NCBI GenBank assembly: GCA_043803945.1
Contig: JAZDJN010000042.1
Coordinates: 32,001-96,000 of the forward strand
Source of the DNA: a bacterium
GTDB lineage: Bacteria; Bacteroidota; Ignavibacteria; UBA10030
Length of the DNA: 64,000 nucleotides
Reading direction: 5' to 3'
A model generated the notes under the pieces. That model had not been told where the DNA came from. It did no database searches and saw only the letters and a program-made list of their open reading frames with translations. The translations under genes and the position numbers were made by a program. Positions 10,001 to 19,672 of the stretch are shown here, piece by piece (positions within the stretch are counted from its first letter, which is position 1; each line of letters starts with the position of its first letter).

Positions 10001-11938
10001 ATTGCCACCGATATCTCGGAGCGGAAGAAAGCGGACGTGGAAATGGTGAAACTTCGCCAGGCCGTGGAATCTTCGAGCGGAATCGTCTTTATGACAGATT
10101 GCGATAGTATGATTACGTATATCAATCCGTCGTTTACAAGGCTGTATGGTTATTCCGAAGAAGAGGTTGTTGGGAAGACGACACCCCGAATTCTTAAGAG
10201 TGGCATAGTCGATTCCGAAGAGTACAAAAACTTCTGGCAGCAGTTATCCGAAAAGCAAGTCATGCGAGGCGAACTAATTAACCGGACGAAGGATGGGCGG
10301 TTAGTTACCGTGGATAGTTCGGCAAACCCGATTATCGATGTTGACGGAAATCTCGTCGGATTCCTGGCAATTCAGAATGATATTTCCGAGAAGAAGAAAG
10401 CCGAGGAAGCTCTCCTCCACAGCGAGGAAAACCTCCGGAATGCACAACGCATCGGGAAGATCGGGAGTTGGGAAGTACGTCTCGATACCGGAGCTGTGGA
10501 ATGGTCGGAGGAGACCTATCGAATTTTTGGCCGCTCGCCGGCCGACTTCCATCCGGACCAACAAGCAATCATCGATGCGATGTATCCCGAAGATCGCCAG
10601 AGTCTGCAGCGGTTGTTCAAACATCCGAATGAGCACCGTGATTCGCTCCATCTCGATCATCGCGTTATTCTTCCGGACGGGACGATCAAATACGTTCATA
10701 TGTTGATGGAGCTTGAACGGGACAAGGATGAGGTCCCCACAAGGATGATCGGATCGATCCAGGATATCACCGACCGCAAGCTTGCGGAGCACGAGCTGAT
10801 CGAGAGCCGTAACTTTAATGCACAGGTGATGGCTGCAACGCCTAGTATTGTTTATGTCTTCGATTTGATCGAAGGAAAAATTGTCTACGCCAATAAATCC
10901 ATCGCCGAGCTTCTGGGGTACTCTCTCGAAGAACTTATGGCTGGTCGCGGATCCATGTGGATTCAAGTGATCCATCCCGATGATAAACAAAGTGCTGAAG
11001 CTGTTGAAAAGCAATGGGAAATTGCCACAGATGAAGATCTCTTCAGTATGGAATATCGGGTCCGTACCAAGGATGGTGATTGGCGCTGGATTCTCGGCCG
11101 GGAGAAAGTATTGAAGCGCACAGGTGAAGGCCGCGTGCACCAAATAATAGGCCTGGCAACGGATTTTACTGATCGGAGAAAAGCTGAGGAGGAAATCCGG
11201 CGATTGAATACAGAACTCGAACAGCGTGTTCGCGATCGAACGGTCCAACTGGAATCTACCAATAAGGAATTGGAAGCCTTCAGCTATTCGGTCTCCCATG
11301 ACCTTCGCGCTCCGCTCCGGCATGTATCGGGTTTTGTCGACCTCCTCCGGGATCATACCAAAGACACCCTGGATGCACAGAGCACCAGATTCATCAATAC
11401 CATCGCAAAATCTGCGGTGCAGATGGGAACACTGATTGATGACCTCCTGGCATTCTCGCGCATTGGGCGTGCAGAGCTCCGGACGGCGCGTATCGCAACA
11501 GCGCTTATTGTTGAAGACGTATTGAAGGAGCTTGAGCATGAGACGCGGGATCGCTCAATTCTCTGGACTGTCGGCCAATTGCCTGAAGTCCGGGCTGATC
11601 ATACATTGATCAAACTTGTGTTTTCGAATCTCATTTCAAATGCACTGAAATTCACACGGAAGATAGAAGAGGCCCATATAGAGATCGGATGCCTCACCAC
11701 CGAAGAACAGTCACAGGAATACATCTTCTTCGTACGAGACAACGGTGCGGGTTTCGAAATGAAATATGTCGATAAGTTATTTGGCGTTTTTCAACGGCTT
11801 CATACAGTGGAAGAATTCGAAGGAACGGGAATTGGACTGGCAAATGTCCGTCGGATTGTTCATCGGCATGGTGGGAAATCCTGGGCTGAGGGAATCCTCG
11901 ATGGCGGTGCGACATTTTTCTTTTCGATTCCCCGATAA
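7025..11938 (+). CDS. Giant sensor histidine kinase: multi-TM (LytS/5TM-like), Cache-like, HAMP, 6 PAS plus GAF-like, phytochrome-type HisKA/HATPase
   Basis: 1637 aa; repeated PAS ends (DIT/DIS-ERK); HAMP (RPIRRL..GEVGILANRFN); H-box ELEAFSYSVSHDLRAPLRH; DNGAGF; FQRLH..GTGIGLA. Confidence 0.92.
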   Translation: MVDLKLVRHSLIRGKGLIVALFFGAAAFFLMLGEIHLTIPGTVLVTDPREIFVTIGAALSGPVGGLLIGFLSAIIHPVSEYRVYGIIQHMIAAFLVGWAYKKILYQRFRMPWMLLGWMILVILYYFVGLVVSFSLLSYNNHALYVSLLGHDQPVLQTLYGISGDLIPELILTVVVSTLILFVLPSAYRKPLWGTDLPRKTIEFDSTGLKSRIQKFFEGNYLGVRVAVWFLLLSLLPVLVLGLFVQNEMKETFLTVEALQGREQARIAARLIVQQREKSVQNDIQLFARENFSTFFVVDRQARYIAHSDSTKLGRSAWEDYPSSDITTILYGMDGTIRNPEKGTTFGFSTVPQSDLIVVVRSNPVNLQHLMRSLLWISPTRLLLSLFLVALIGGTVIWFFIVRPIRRLTWAVEELGQENFQVRVDAADMDGEVGILANRFNEMSTNLRIAYRGLEEEIAEKTTASEALHLSKARLSEVLWIAHMGYFEMDFIAGTISLSSEALALLGTTADRQDRTTFPIDTFFAQYTHPVDLEKVRQGLQHVIHDVTLSSSMHEEFEFRAINIIGETVWLNSHYRVVKDEQGKAIAVVGSFQDITARKLAELTSETNRKLFQAVVENNLDAIMLLEKSGQIRYVSPSTELIVGYSPDEQVGMNLLDTIHADDRTKVLSAIEHISRRPDAAFRKEFRTRRKDGYWVWVEAVAKNSLGDPSVNAIVVNYRDISERKRAEATIQSIQRGTALASGDKFFRNLALELSTALHTRFAFVSKINQKEQQKAEVFAFVDNGKFLSNREYELAGTPSQMIIERGFCSMTKDMQRTFPHDQSIQEAGIQSYFGLPLTSSSGQILGIVSVMHDHPLAESEIITSLLRIFAARAGSELERLQAEERINMLALALENVTDCVCITDPENNFIFVNDAFLRVYGYSESEIIGKNILMIYSSSNDSNVRSLLQPSALGGGWKGELCNKRKDGTDFPIYLSVSAIRDNDEKLVAFIGIATDISERKKADVEMVKLRQAVESSSGIVFMTDCDSMITYINPSFTRLYGYSEEEVVGKTTPRILKSGIVDSEEYKNFWQQLSEKQVMRGELINRTKDGRLVTVDSSANPIIDVDGNLVGFLAIQNDISEKKKAEEALLHSEENLRNAQRIGKIGSWEVRLDTGAVEWSEETYRIFGRSPADFHPDQQAIIDAMYPEDRQSLQRLFKHPNEHRDSLHLDHRVILPDGTIKYVHMLMELERDKDEVPTRMIGSIQDITDRKLAEHELIESRNFNAQVMAATPSIVYVFDLIEGKIVYANKSIAELLGYSLEELMAGRGSMWIQVIHPDDKQSAEAVEKQWEIATDEDLFSMEYRVRTKDGDWRWILGREKVLKRTGEGRVHQIIGLATDFTDRRKAEEEIRRLNTELEQRVRDRTVQLESTNKELEAFSYSVSHDLRAPLRHVSGFVDLLRDHTKDTLDAQSTRFINTIAKSAVQMGTLIDDLLAFSRIGRAELRTARIATALIVEDVLKELEHETRDRSILWTVGQLPEVRADHTLIKLVFSNLISNALKFTRKIEEAHIEIGCLTTEEQSQEYIFFVRDNGAGFEMKYVDKLFGVFQRLHTVEEFEGTGIGLANVRRIVHRHGGKSWAEGILDGGATFFFSIPR

Positions 11939-11996
11939 CTAATCACCAAGGATTTGTAGAACCGGCAATGCATAGTAGGGAAGTGATGAGTGAGAA

Positions 11997-13757
11997 ATGA
12001 ATGAGTGGCTAAAACAAATTCTGATTCCGCCCAGCATCGAACGACCGGACGAAATTCGGCGAGCGAAAGGAATCTATCTTGTCACGTCTGCCTTGGGAAT
12101 CGGGCTCATCGTTATATTCCTTCATCATTTGATCGTCAATCCCAATTGGAATGCGCTCTGGCCTCTCTTGGTGGAGCTCTTCGTTGTTCTCTTCAGTATA
12201 AGTTTTGTACGCAGAGGATCCTATGATCTTTCCCTTGGTATCCTTGTGTACAGCTTGCTCCTGGTTGCCAGTGCACTGATTTATTTCGGCGGTACCGGTA
12301 TTCACGATATGGCAATACTGATTTTTCCGGCAACGATTGTCGCGGCAAGTCTTTTATTGAATAGAAAATTCATCATCGTTTTTTCTATAATCTCCGTCCT
12401 GCTGGCCGGAATCCTCGTGATGGCAGAGATCAATGGATGGATACCCCTCAAATTAACAATAAAGACCTCCATCCAGGATCTCATTGATGTTGTCATTATT
12501 ATCACCCTGACAGCCGTTGCTGTTATTATTCTCACAGACGATTTACGGAAGAATCTCACTGCAGCCCGCCTGAAAGAAGAAGAACTGTCACTGCTTAATG
12601 CAGAACTTGAATGGAAAGCCGGGCTCTTGCGAGAAAGCGAGGCGCGCTATCGATACGTCATTGAGAGTGCATCCGATCCGATTCTCCTGGTTGGTATTAA
12701 TGGCCGATATGAATATACAAACGAGGCAGCGCTCAAGCTCTTTGGATATTCGCAGAGTGTTTTCCTCACAATGCAGTATCTCGACATGGTCCCCGCCATT
12801 CACAAGCGCCGGGCGCAGTATCACTTTATCCGTCAATATTGTAAGAAGGAATCCACCGCCTACTTCGAATGCCCGTTCAGGGGCCAATCGGGGAAGATAC
12901 TCTGGCTCGGCATCAGGACATCGCTGGTGTGGCAGGGCGATACGATTATAGGATTCCATGTGATTGCACGTGATATCAACGATCGAAGGAGGATCGAGGA
13001 GGAACTTCGAAGCTTGAATCTTGAATTGGAGGACCGGGTGCGTGAACGAACTGCTCAGCTCGAGGCAGCAACCAAAGAGCTTGAAACAATCAGTTATACC
13101 GTCTCGCATGACATGCGGGCCCCTTTGCGGCACATTGTCGCCTATGTTGAACTTGTGCAGGATCAGGCCAGGCTGGCCCTCGATGATGTCAGTGCACGAT
13201 ATTTGACGACGATCGGTTTTTCTGCAAAGTGGATGGGGATGCTCGTCGATGCATTGTTGGGATTCTTGCGAATCACCAGTGCCGAAATGAAGAAGACCAA
13301 TTTGAATGTGAATGAACTCATCGGGGAAATTCAGAACGAACTTCAGCCCGAATTCGTTGGCCGTAAACTTGAGTGGCATATTGGAATGATCCCTCCAGTG
13401 ATGGCAGACCGTTCGCTGTTTAAGCTTGTCCTGTTCAATCTCATATCGAATGCACTTAAGTTTTCACGGAAAAGGGAACACGCAAGGATTGAAATTGGAT
13501 ATCAGGAACAAGAGGGTGATTCGGATGTAAAAGTTATTTATATCCGGGATAATGGTATTGGTTTTGATATGAAGTATGCGGAAAAGATTTTTGGCATCTT
13601 CCAGCGATTGCACAGCCAGGGTGATTATGAAGGGACCGGAATCGGTTTAGCCAAGTCACGGCGCATTATGCAGCGTCATAATGGCAGCATCTGGGCTAAA
13701 GGATCGCTGGAGGAAGGTGCGACGTTCTTTCTCGCTCTTCCGATAGAGGAGAGTTAA
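11997..13757 (+). CDS. Membrane sensor histidine kinase (multi-TM, PAS, phytochrome-type HisKA/HATPase)
   Basis: SYTVSHDMRAPLRH; NLISNALKF; DNGIGF; GTGIGLA. Confidence 0.92.
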   Translation: MNEWLKQILIPPSIERPDEIRRAKGIYLVTSALGIGLIVIFLHHLIVNPNWNALWPLLVELFVVLFSISFVRRGSYDLSLGILVYSLLLVASALIYFGGTGIHDMAILIFPATIVAASLLLNRKFIIVFSIISVLLAGILVMAEINGWIPLKLTIKTSIQDLIDVVIIITLTAVAVIILTDDLRKNLTAARLKEEELSLLNAELEWKAGLLRESEARYRYVIESASDPILLVGINGRYEYTNEAALKLFGYSQSVFLTMQYLDMVPAIHKRRAQYHFIRQYCKKESTAYFECPFRGQSGKILWLGIRTSLVWQGDTIIGFHVIARDINDRRRIEEELRSLNLELEDRVRERTAQLEAATKELETISYTVSHDMRAPLRHIVAYVELVQDQARLALDDVSARYLTTIGFSAKWMGMLVDALLGFLRITSAEMKKTNLNVNELIGEIQNELQPEFVGRKLEWHIGMIPPVMADRSLFKLVLFNLISNALKFSRKREHARIEIGYQEQEGDSDVKVIYIRDNGIGFDMKYAEKIFGIFQRLHSQGDYEGTGIGLAKSRRIMQRHNGSIWAKGSLEEGATFFLALPIEES

Positions 13758-13817
13758 GAAGACAGCAGTTGAAGTGAGTGATCGCCTGGATTGAGTACTT
13801 GATGAGGGAACCAAAGT

Positions 13818-16673
13818 ATGAGTGCGGGTGGAGGAGTAACTGAGTCGGTGAAGCGGAAAATCGTGTTTCAGAACATAGCGGACAAGCTGCTGGGGTCACC
13901 CCGGCTCAGAGAATATGAGACAACTGATGTGAAATCAAGATTACTCGCCGTCATCCTCCTGATCATGATTCTGGGTTTTGGTATCTATGATGTCAGAGGG
14001 TATCTCACCCAAGAAAATTATCAGGCCCCTTGGTATGGCTATCTCTTTCTCCTGACAGCATTTGTTATCAACCGATTCTGGTCAAATAGAGTTGCAGCTC
14101 TCCTGACCATGTTGATGTTCCCCAGTGTATTATTTTTCGGCCTCGTCACCCTTCCACAAACGATCACACTCTATTCGCTCCACTATCTGCTCGTCAGCAT
14201 AATACTGGGAAGTATCCTGCTGCGGTGGAGAGAATTGCTCCTCTATATGATACTAATTCTGGCTGGGATCGGCCTCTTACCGTCTCTCTTCCCGGCAGTT
14301 ATACCGGATGTGAATGCCATTGTTGAACTCCTGGTGTTCAATGCCATGGGGGGATTATTGGTGCTTCTCAAGATGCACCTCCGTGATCGTGGAGAGCAGC
14401 GGCGTCAGGAACAGATTACGGAAAGCGAGAAACGCTTCCATACGATTTTTGATTCGGTGAATGATGCCATCGTTGTCCATCATCCGCAGAGTGGTGCAAT
14501 ACTCGAAGTGAATCAGAAAATGTGTGAAATGTATGGGTTAACGCATGAAGAGGCTCTCAAGAGCAGCGTTGGAGACATTAGTTCGGGGGAATCTCCTTAT
14601 ACCCAGGACGATGCAATACAGTCTTTGCAGCGGGCAATGAAGGGCGAACCGCAAGTGTTCGAATGGCATGCAAAAGGTAAGAGCGGCCGTCTTTTTTGGG
14701 TTGAAGTGAATATGCAAAAAGCAGTGATTGATCATGAAGATCGAATTCTTGTCACTGTCCGGGATACCTCAGATCGGAAACAGATTCAAGAACAGTTGCG
14801 GATCCTCTCACAGGCAGTAGAACAAAGTCAGGTTTCGGTTGTTATCACCGATCAGAGGGGAGATGTTGAATATGTGAATTCAAAATTTTGCCAGATCACA
14901 GGATACTCGAGGGAAGAAGTAAAAGGGCAGAATCCGCGAGTTCTGAAATCGGGACATACTCCCGATATGGAATATAAACGACTATGGGAGACACTTAGTG
15001 CCGGTAATGTTTGGCGCGGCGAGTTTCACAACAAGAAGAAAAACGGTGAACTGTTTTGGGAGTCTGCCTCAATTTCGCCCGTGAAAGACTATGCAGGGAG
15101 AATAACACACTACCTTGCGGTGAAAGAGGATATTACTGAGAAAAAGAAGATAGAAGAGGCGCTGGCACAGGAGCGATATTTCGTAGAAGCACTTATGAAT
15201 AATTTGCCCGATCTCATCTATTTCAAAGATCATGAAAGCAGGTTTGTGGCAGTCAGCCGGTCCTTTATGCGCCTGCTTGGTCTCTCCAATCCGTCGCACA
15301 TCATCGGCAGAACTGATTTCGATATTTTTGCACAAGAACATGCGCGGCCGGCGTTTGAGGATGAGCAACAAATCATGGCCACCGGCATCCCGATCATAAG
15401 CAAGGAGGAGAAAGAGGTTTGGACCGATGGAAAAGTCACATGGGCACTCACAACGAAAATGCCCTGGCGATCGCCCGACGGAAAAATTATCGGTACGTTT
15501 GGCATCTCTCGTGATATTACCCTGCGGAAGAAGTATGAGGAGGCAAATCAAGAGAGCGAAGAACGGCTCAAAATTACTTTTGAACAGGCCGCTGTTGGCA
15601 TTGCTCATGTGGAGACGACTGGTAAATTCATGCGCGTGAACCAGAGATTTTGCGATATCCTCGGCTATACGAAAGACGAGTTGCTCAACCTCTCATTTCA
15701 GGCAATCACACATCCGGAACATCTTGCAGTCGATATTCACGATGCCCGCGAACTATTCGAGGGTAAAATCGAGAACTATACCAAGGAGAAGCGGTATCTC
15801 CGAAAAGATGGAACGCCCGTGTGGACGAACCTTACCGTTGCTCTTGTGAGAGATACTCAGGGCAAACCGAAATACTCGATCAGTGTCATCGAGGATATCT
15901 CGGCCCGTAAGCAGGTGGAAGAACAGATCCGGAAGTTGAATGAAGAACTCGAAGAGCGGGTCGAAGAACGTACCGCCGAGCTTCAGGCAGCAAACAAAGA
16001 ATTGGAATCATTCAGCTACTCCGTTTCCCACGACCTTCGCGCACCTCTTCGTCATATCTCGGGGTACGTTGAGCTCTTGAAGGAGCGGATCATCTCGTCA
16101 CTGGATGAACAAAGCCTTCGCTATCTTGCAACAGTCGAACAAGCCGCTATCCGGTTGGGAACACTGATCGACCAGTTGCTGATGTTTTCGCGTGTGGGTC
16201 GGGCAGAGATCCGAAAAATGAGTGTGGATATTGGGGAAATGGTAAATGAGATTCGGCTGGAACTCGCTGAAGAGCATAAGGATAGGACGGTAAGCTGGAC
16301 TATCAACCCTGTTCCTGCTGTCGAGGCCGATCCGATGCTCATACGACAGGTCCTCACAAATCTCCTCTCAAATGCCTTGAAATTCACTCAAAAGAGTGAT
16401 TACGCAAGAATCGAATTTGGTTGTTCTGAAGGAGACATTGATTCGAACGAAATCATATTCTTTGTAAAAGATAATGGTGCCGGTTTTGATATGAAATATG
16501 TCGGGAAACTCTTTGGAGTCTTTCAGCGATTGCACGCACCTGACGAGTTTGAAGGAACAGGAATCGGATTGGCAAATGTCAGGAGAATTATCCAGAAACA
16601 TGGCGGCCGAACCTGGGCTGAGGGTGTTGTGGATGGGGGAGCAATTTTCTATTTTACATTAAGCAAATCATAA
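13818..16673 (+). CDS. Membrane sensor histidine kinase (multi-TM, 4 PAS including a NifL/Aer-like PAS, phytochrome-type kinase)
   Basis: PAS with YVN..F..ITGY..EE..GQNPRVLKSG..WRGEF.N; H-box SYSVSHDLRAPLRH. Confidence 0.92.
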   Translation: MSAGGGVTESVKRKIVFQNIADKLLGSPRLREYETTDVKSRLLAVILLIMILGFGIYDVRGYLTQENYQAPWYGYLFLLTAFVINRFWSNRVAALLTMLMFPSVLFFGLVTLPQTITLYSLHYLLVSIILGSILLRWRELLLYMILILAGIGLLPSLFPAVIPDVNAIVELLVFNAMGGLLVLLKMHLRDRGEQRRQEQITESEKRFHTIFDSVNDAIVVHHPQSGAILEVNQKMCEMYGLTHEEALKSSVGDISSGESPYTQDDAIQSLQRAMKGEPQVFEWHAKGKSGRLFWVEVNMQKAVIDHEDRILVTVRDTSDRKQIQEQLRILSQAVEQSQVSVVITDQRGDVEYVNSKFCQITGYSREEVKGQNPRVLKSGHTPDMEYKRLWETLSAGNVWRGEFHNKKKNGELFWESASISPVKDYAGRITHYLAVKEDITEKKKIEEALAQERYFVEALMNNLPDLIYFKDHESRFVAVSRSFMRLLGLSNPSHIIGRTDFDIFAQEHARPAFEDEQQIMATGIPIISKEEKEVWTDGKVTWALTTKMPWRSPDGKIIGTFGISRDITLRKKYEEANQESEERLKITFEQAAVGIAHVETTGKFMRVNQRFCDILGYTKDELLNLSFQAITHPEHLAVDIHDARELFEGKIENYTKEKRYLRKDGTPVWTNLTVALVRDTQGKPKYSISVIEDISARKQVEEQIRKLNEELEERVEERTAELQAANKELESFSYSVSHDLRAPLRHISGYVELLKERIISSLDEQSLRYLATVEQAAIRLGTLIDQLLMFSRVGRAEIRKMSVDIGEMVNEIRLELAEEHKDRTVSWTINPVPAVEADPMLIRQVLTNLLSNALKFTQKSDYARIEFGCSEGDIDSNEIIFFVKDNGAGFDMKYVGKLFGVFQRLHAPDEFEGTGIGLANVRRIIQKHGGRTWAEGVVDGGAIFYFTLSKS

Positions 16674-16688
16674 ATAGGAGCCTCTTCG

Positions 16689-17150
16689 ATGACGACTTTA
16701 AAAACGATTTTACTTGCGGAAGACGATCCACGGGATCAAGAGCTGACGCTTGCTGTGTTGGGTCAGCAGAATCTTGTGAATGAAGTGGCGGTCGCCAATG
16801 ATGGAGAGGAGGCTCTTGATTATCTTTATCGGCGGGGAAAATTCTCAGCTCGTCAGGAGGGGAATCCGGCAGTTGTCGTGCTTGATCTGAAAATGCCTAA
16901 AGTCGATGGACTTGAGGTCCTGAAACAAATTCGGTCCGATCCTCAGTTGAAAACGTTACCGGTCGTCATCCTGAGCTCCTCGCGGGAGGAAGGTGATTTA
17001 CGGAATACCTATGATCTGGGAGTCAATGCGTACGTTGTCAAACCGGTCGACTTTCGAGAGTTCTCCAATAAAGTGAAACAGCTTGGGTTGTTCTGGGCGA
17101 CAACCAATGAACCGCCTCCGGCATCGACCAAATCTCGCTCTAGAGTTTAA
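16689..17150 (+). CDS. Single-domain response regulator (Rcp1-like, typical partner of phytochrome-type kinases)
   Basis: LLAEDD..DGEEALDYL..LDLKMPKVDG..LSSS..LGVNAYVVKPV. Confidence 0.9.
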   Translation: MTTLKTILLAEDDPRDQELTLAVLGQQNLVNEVAVANDGEEALDYLYRRGKFSARQEGNPAVVVLDLKMPKVDGLEVLKQIRSDPQLKTLPVVILSSSREEGDLRNTYDLGVNAYVVKPVDFREFSNKVKQLGLFWATTNEPPPASTKSRSRV

Positions 17151-17157
17151 CCTCCAC

Positions 17158-18990
17158 ATGGTGGCTATGAATACGCCTCTGCGTATACTTTCCCTTGAAG
17201 ATGATGAAGATGATTATGAACTGATCTGTGCCACTCTACTGAAGGAAGGCATCGACTGTGAAATTGTTCGTGTTAGTAATCGTCAGGATTTTCTAGCGGC
17301 GGTTTGGAGCAAGTCGTTTGAAATTATTCTAGCAGACCATTCTTTACCCGGCTTCGATGGGATTGCAGCGTTGGATATTGCGCGCGAACATTGTCCCGAT
17401 GTTCCGTTCATCTTTGTCTCCGGTGTTCTGGGAGAAGAACTCGCCATCGAAACTCTCCGAAGTGGTGCCACAGATTATGTTTTAAAAACACGACTCTCCC
17501 GCTTGGGTTTTGCGGTAAAACGGGCTCTTCGGGAAACTGAAGACCGGGTAGAACGAAAAATTGCTGAGGATGCCTATCGTGCAGTGGTTGAAAACTCGAT
17601 CCAGGGATTGGTCATTTTTCAGGAAGGTCGGATAGTCTTCGCCAATCCGGCGATGGAAACGATCAGCGGTTGCCGCCTGGAAGAGTTATTCTCCTTCACC
17701 CCCCGTCAGGTATGGGAAAGAATTCATCCCGAGGATCGGCGCCTGATCAGGCAGAAGATGAATGGCAAATGGCAGGATGCCCCACTAGAACCTGGCTTTG
17801 GGGTACGTTTTTTCCGTAAAGATAAAACCATTTGCTGGCTCTCAATTTTTGCCAGCACCATCGAATATCGCGGCCAGCCAGCCCTTCAGTCGGCATGCGT
17901 CGATATCACAGAACGTAAGCTGGCAGAAGAAGCTCTCCGGGAGAGTGAGGAGCGCTATCGATTACTGGTTGAGAATTCGACAGATCTCGTTGCAGAGTTG
18001 AGTCCGGCGGGTAAATTCCTGTACGTGAGTCCGAATTATCGTTCAATTCTTGGGTATGAACAAACGGCGTTGATTCAGACCGATGTACTCGCAAATGTCT
18101 ATGGGCGTGAACAATCCTTCGTACGATCGTCGTTCTATCAAGAAAAGGTTCCGGTTATTGGACCGTACCGATATCGGCACGCTGACGGCTCGTGGCATTG
18201 GCTGGAATCTTCAAGCCAACGCTATAATACTTCCTCAGGAGAGGAGCGGATAGTCATGGTTTCTCGTGACGTGACTCAGAAAAAAATAGCCGATGAAGAA
18301 TTGGTAGAGTCACGAAAACAGCTTCAACGTTTTTCGGAACACCTTGAGAATACGCTCGATGAAGAGAGGAAACGAATTTCCCGTGAGATCCATGACGAGC
18401 TTGGCCAGCTCTTAACCATCTTGAAGTTTGATATTAGTTGGCTTAAATTGAACCTGTCTGAAAAGAATCCTGTTCTGGCTGAAAAAATCGATTCCATGTT
18501 GGAGGCAGTGGGACAGGCACTGGGTTCGGTCAAGCGAATTTCAAAGGAGATCCGGCCGCCGCAACTGGAGGTGCTCGGTTTATGCGGGGCGATTCAGTGG
18601 GACCTCAGCCAATTTTCTGCGAAGGTGGGAATTCGCTCGACGATCCGCATCAGCCCTTCGGAATTTACACTCGATAAAGATCGGAATATGGTCGTCTATC
18701 GGGTCTTCCATGAAGCATTGACAAATGTGATTCGTCATGCACAAGCGTCGTCAATTAATGTTGAACTCGATCGAAAGTCGGACTCGGTTGTTCTCAGAGT
18801 GCAAGATGACGGTCGGGGTATTTCTAAAAAAGAATTGCAAGGAACGATTTCCCTTGGCCTGGTTGGGATGCGTGAGCGAATTCGACCGTGGAACGGAACG
18901 CTGACCATCGCTGGGAAACGAGGAAAAGGAACACTCGTTGTTATGCAAATACCCGTTGATGAAATCAACAAGGAAGGAACTCCACCATGA
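17158..18990 (+). CDS. REC, PAS, PAS, HisKA_3 (NarQ/UhpB-type) kinase
   Basis: N-terminal REC (LEDDE..ADHSLP); ERKRISREIHDELGQ; EALTNVIRHA; DDGRG; LGLVGMRER. Start moved to ATG 17158 to avoid overlapping the upstream gene. Confidence 0.9.
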   Translation: MVAMNTPLRILSLEDDEDDYELICATLLKEGIDCEIVRVSNRQDFLAAVWSKSFEIILADHSLPGFDGIAALDIAREHCPDVPFIFVSGVLGEELAIETLRSGATDYVLKTRLSRLGFAVKRALRETEDRVERKIAEDAYRAVVENSIQGLVIFQEGRIVFANPAMETISGCRLEELFSFTPRQVWERIHPEDRRLIRQKMNGKWQDAPLEPGFGVRFFRKDKTICWLSIFASTIEYRGQPALQSACVDITERKLAEEALRESEERYRLLVENSTDLVAELSPAGKFLYVSPNYRSILGYEQTALIQTDVLANVYGREQSFVRSSFYQEKVPVIGPYRYRHADGSWHWLESSSQRYNTSSGEERIVMVSRDVTQKKIADEELVESRKQLQRFSEHLENTLDEERKRISREIHDELGQLLTILKFDISWLKLNLSEKNPVLAEKIDSMLEAVGQALGSVKRISKEIRPPQLEVLGLCGAIQWDLSQFSAKVGIRSTIRISPSEFTLDKDRNMVVYRVFHEALTNVIRHAQASSINVELDRKSDSVVLRVQDDGRGISKKELQGTISLGLVGMRERIRPWNGTLTIAGKRGKGTLVVMQIPVDEINKEGTPP

Positions 18991-19619
18991 TTCGTGTCCT
19001 GATCGCCGATGATCACCCGGTTGTACGCAAAGGCTTGAAAACCATTCTGAAAGACGCGACGGACATCAAAATCGAGGGAGAAGCTGCCGATGGACTCGAA
19101 GTGATGGATAAGGTCCGCACGGAAGATTATGATGTCATTGTTATGGATATTACAATGCCAAGACTCGATGGCATTGAAACCATCGCACGCATCAAGGCAG
19201 AACGTCCAGAGGTCGCAATACTCGTACTCAGCATGAATCCTGAAGAGGTATTTGGGATGAGGGCGTTGAAACTTGGTGCCTCGGGCTATCTTTCCAAAGA
19301 CAGTGCCCCTGAGCAACTCATCGGCGCGATTCGCCGAGTTGCCTCTGGCCGGGTCTTCATTTCCCCCGAACTAGCTGAATCTGTGGCGATGAGTGTGAGC
19401 AAAGGCTCGCCGAAACTGCCTCATGAATTGCTTTCGGATCGCGAATACCAAATTATGCTCATGCTGGCAAAGGGAAAAGCGCTCAAAGAAATTGCTTCAG
19501 AGTTGTCCTTGAGCGTAAAAACGGTAAGCACGCATCGGTCGCATATTCTAGCAAAGCTGAATATGGTAAATAACGCCCAAATCGTTACGTACGTCCTGCA
19601 AAACAGGCTCATCTCATGA
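18987..19619 (+). CDS. NarL/LuxR-family DNA-binding response regulator (UvrY/GacA-like)
   Basis: ADDHPVVRKG..MDITMP; HTH LSDREYQIM..IASELSLSVKTVSTHR; overlaps the kinase stop codon. Confidence 0.93.
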   Translation: MIRVLIADDHPVVRKGLKTILKDATDIKIEGEAADGLEVMDKVRTEDYDVIVMDITMPRLDGIETIARIKAERPEVAILVLSMNPEEVFGMRALKLGASGYLSKDSAPEQLIGAIRRVASGRVFISPELAESVAMSVSKGSPKLPHELLSDREYQIMLMLAKGKALKEIASELSLSVKTVSTHRSHILAKLNMVNNAQIVTYVLQNRLIS

Positions 19620-19658
19620 AGGTGTAGGAGACTACCAGAGGGTGATGCTAAGAGGCTA

Positions 19659-19672
19659 TAGGAATATTCTTA
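19659..19672. promoter_or_regulatory. NarL/RcsB-type operator box
   Basis: TAGGAATATTCTTA, the reverse complement of the RcsAB-box consensus TAAGAATATTCCTA. Confidence 0.55.

Noticed and set aside
10301-11539. 412-aa antisense ORF (also 12588-13379 and 38401-39216)
   Set aside because: Fully antisense to well-supported genes; typical codon-bias shadow ORFs without motifs
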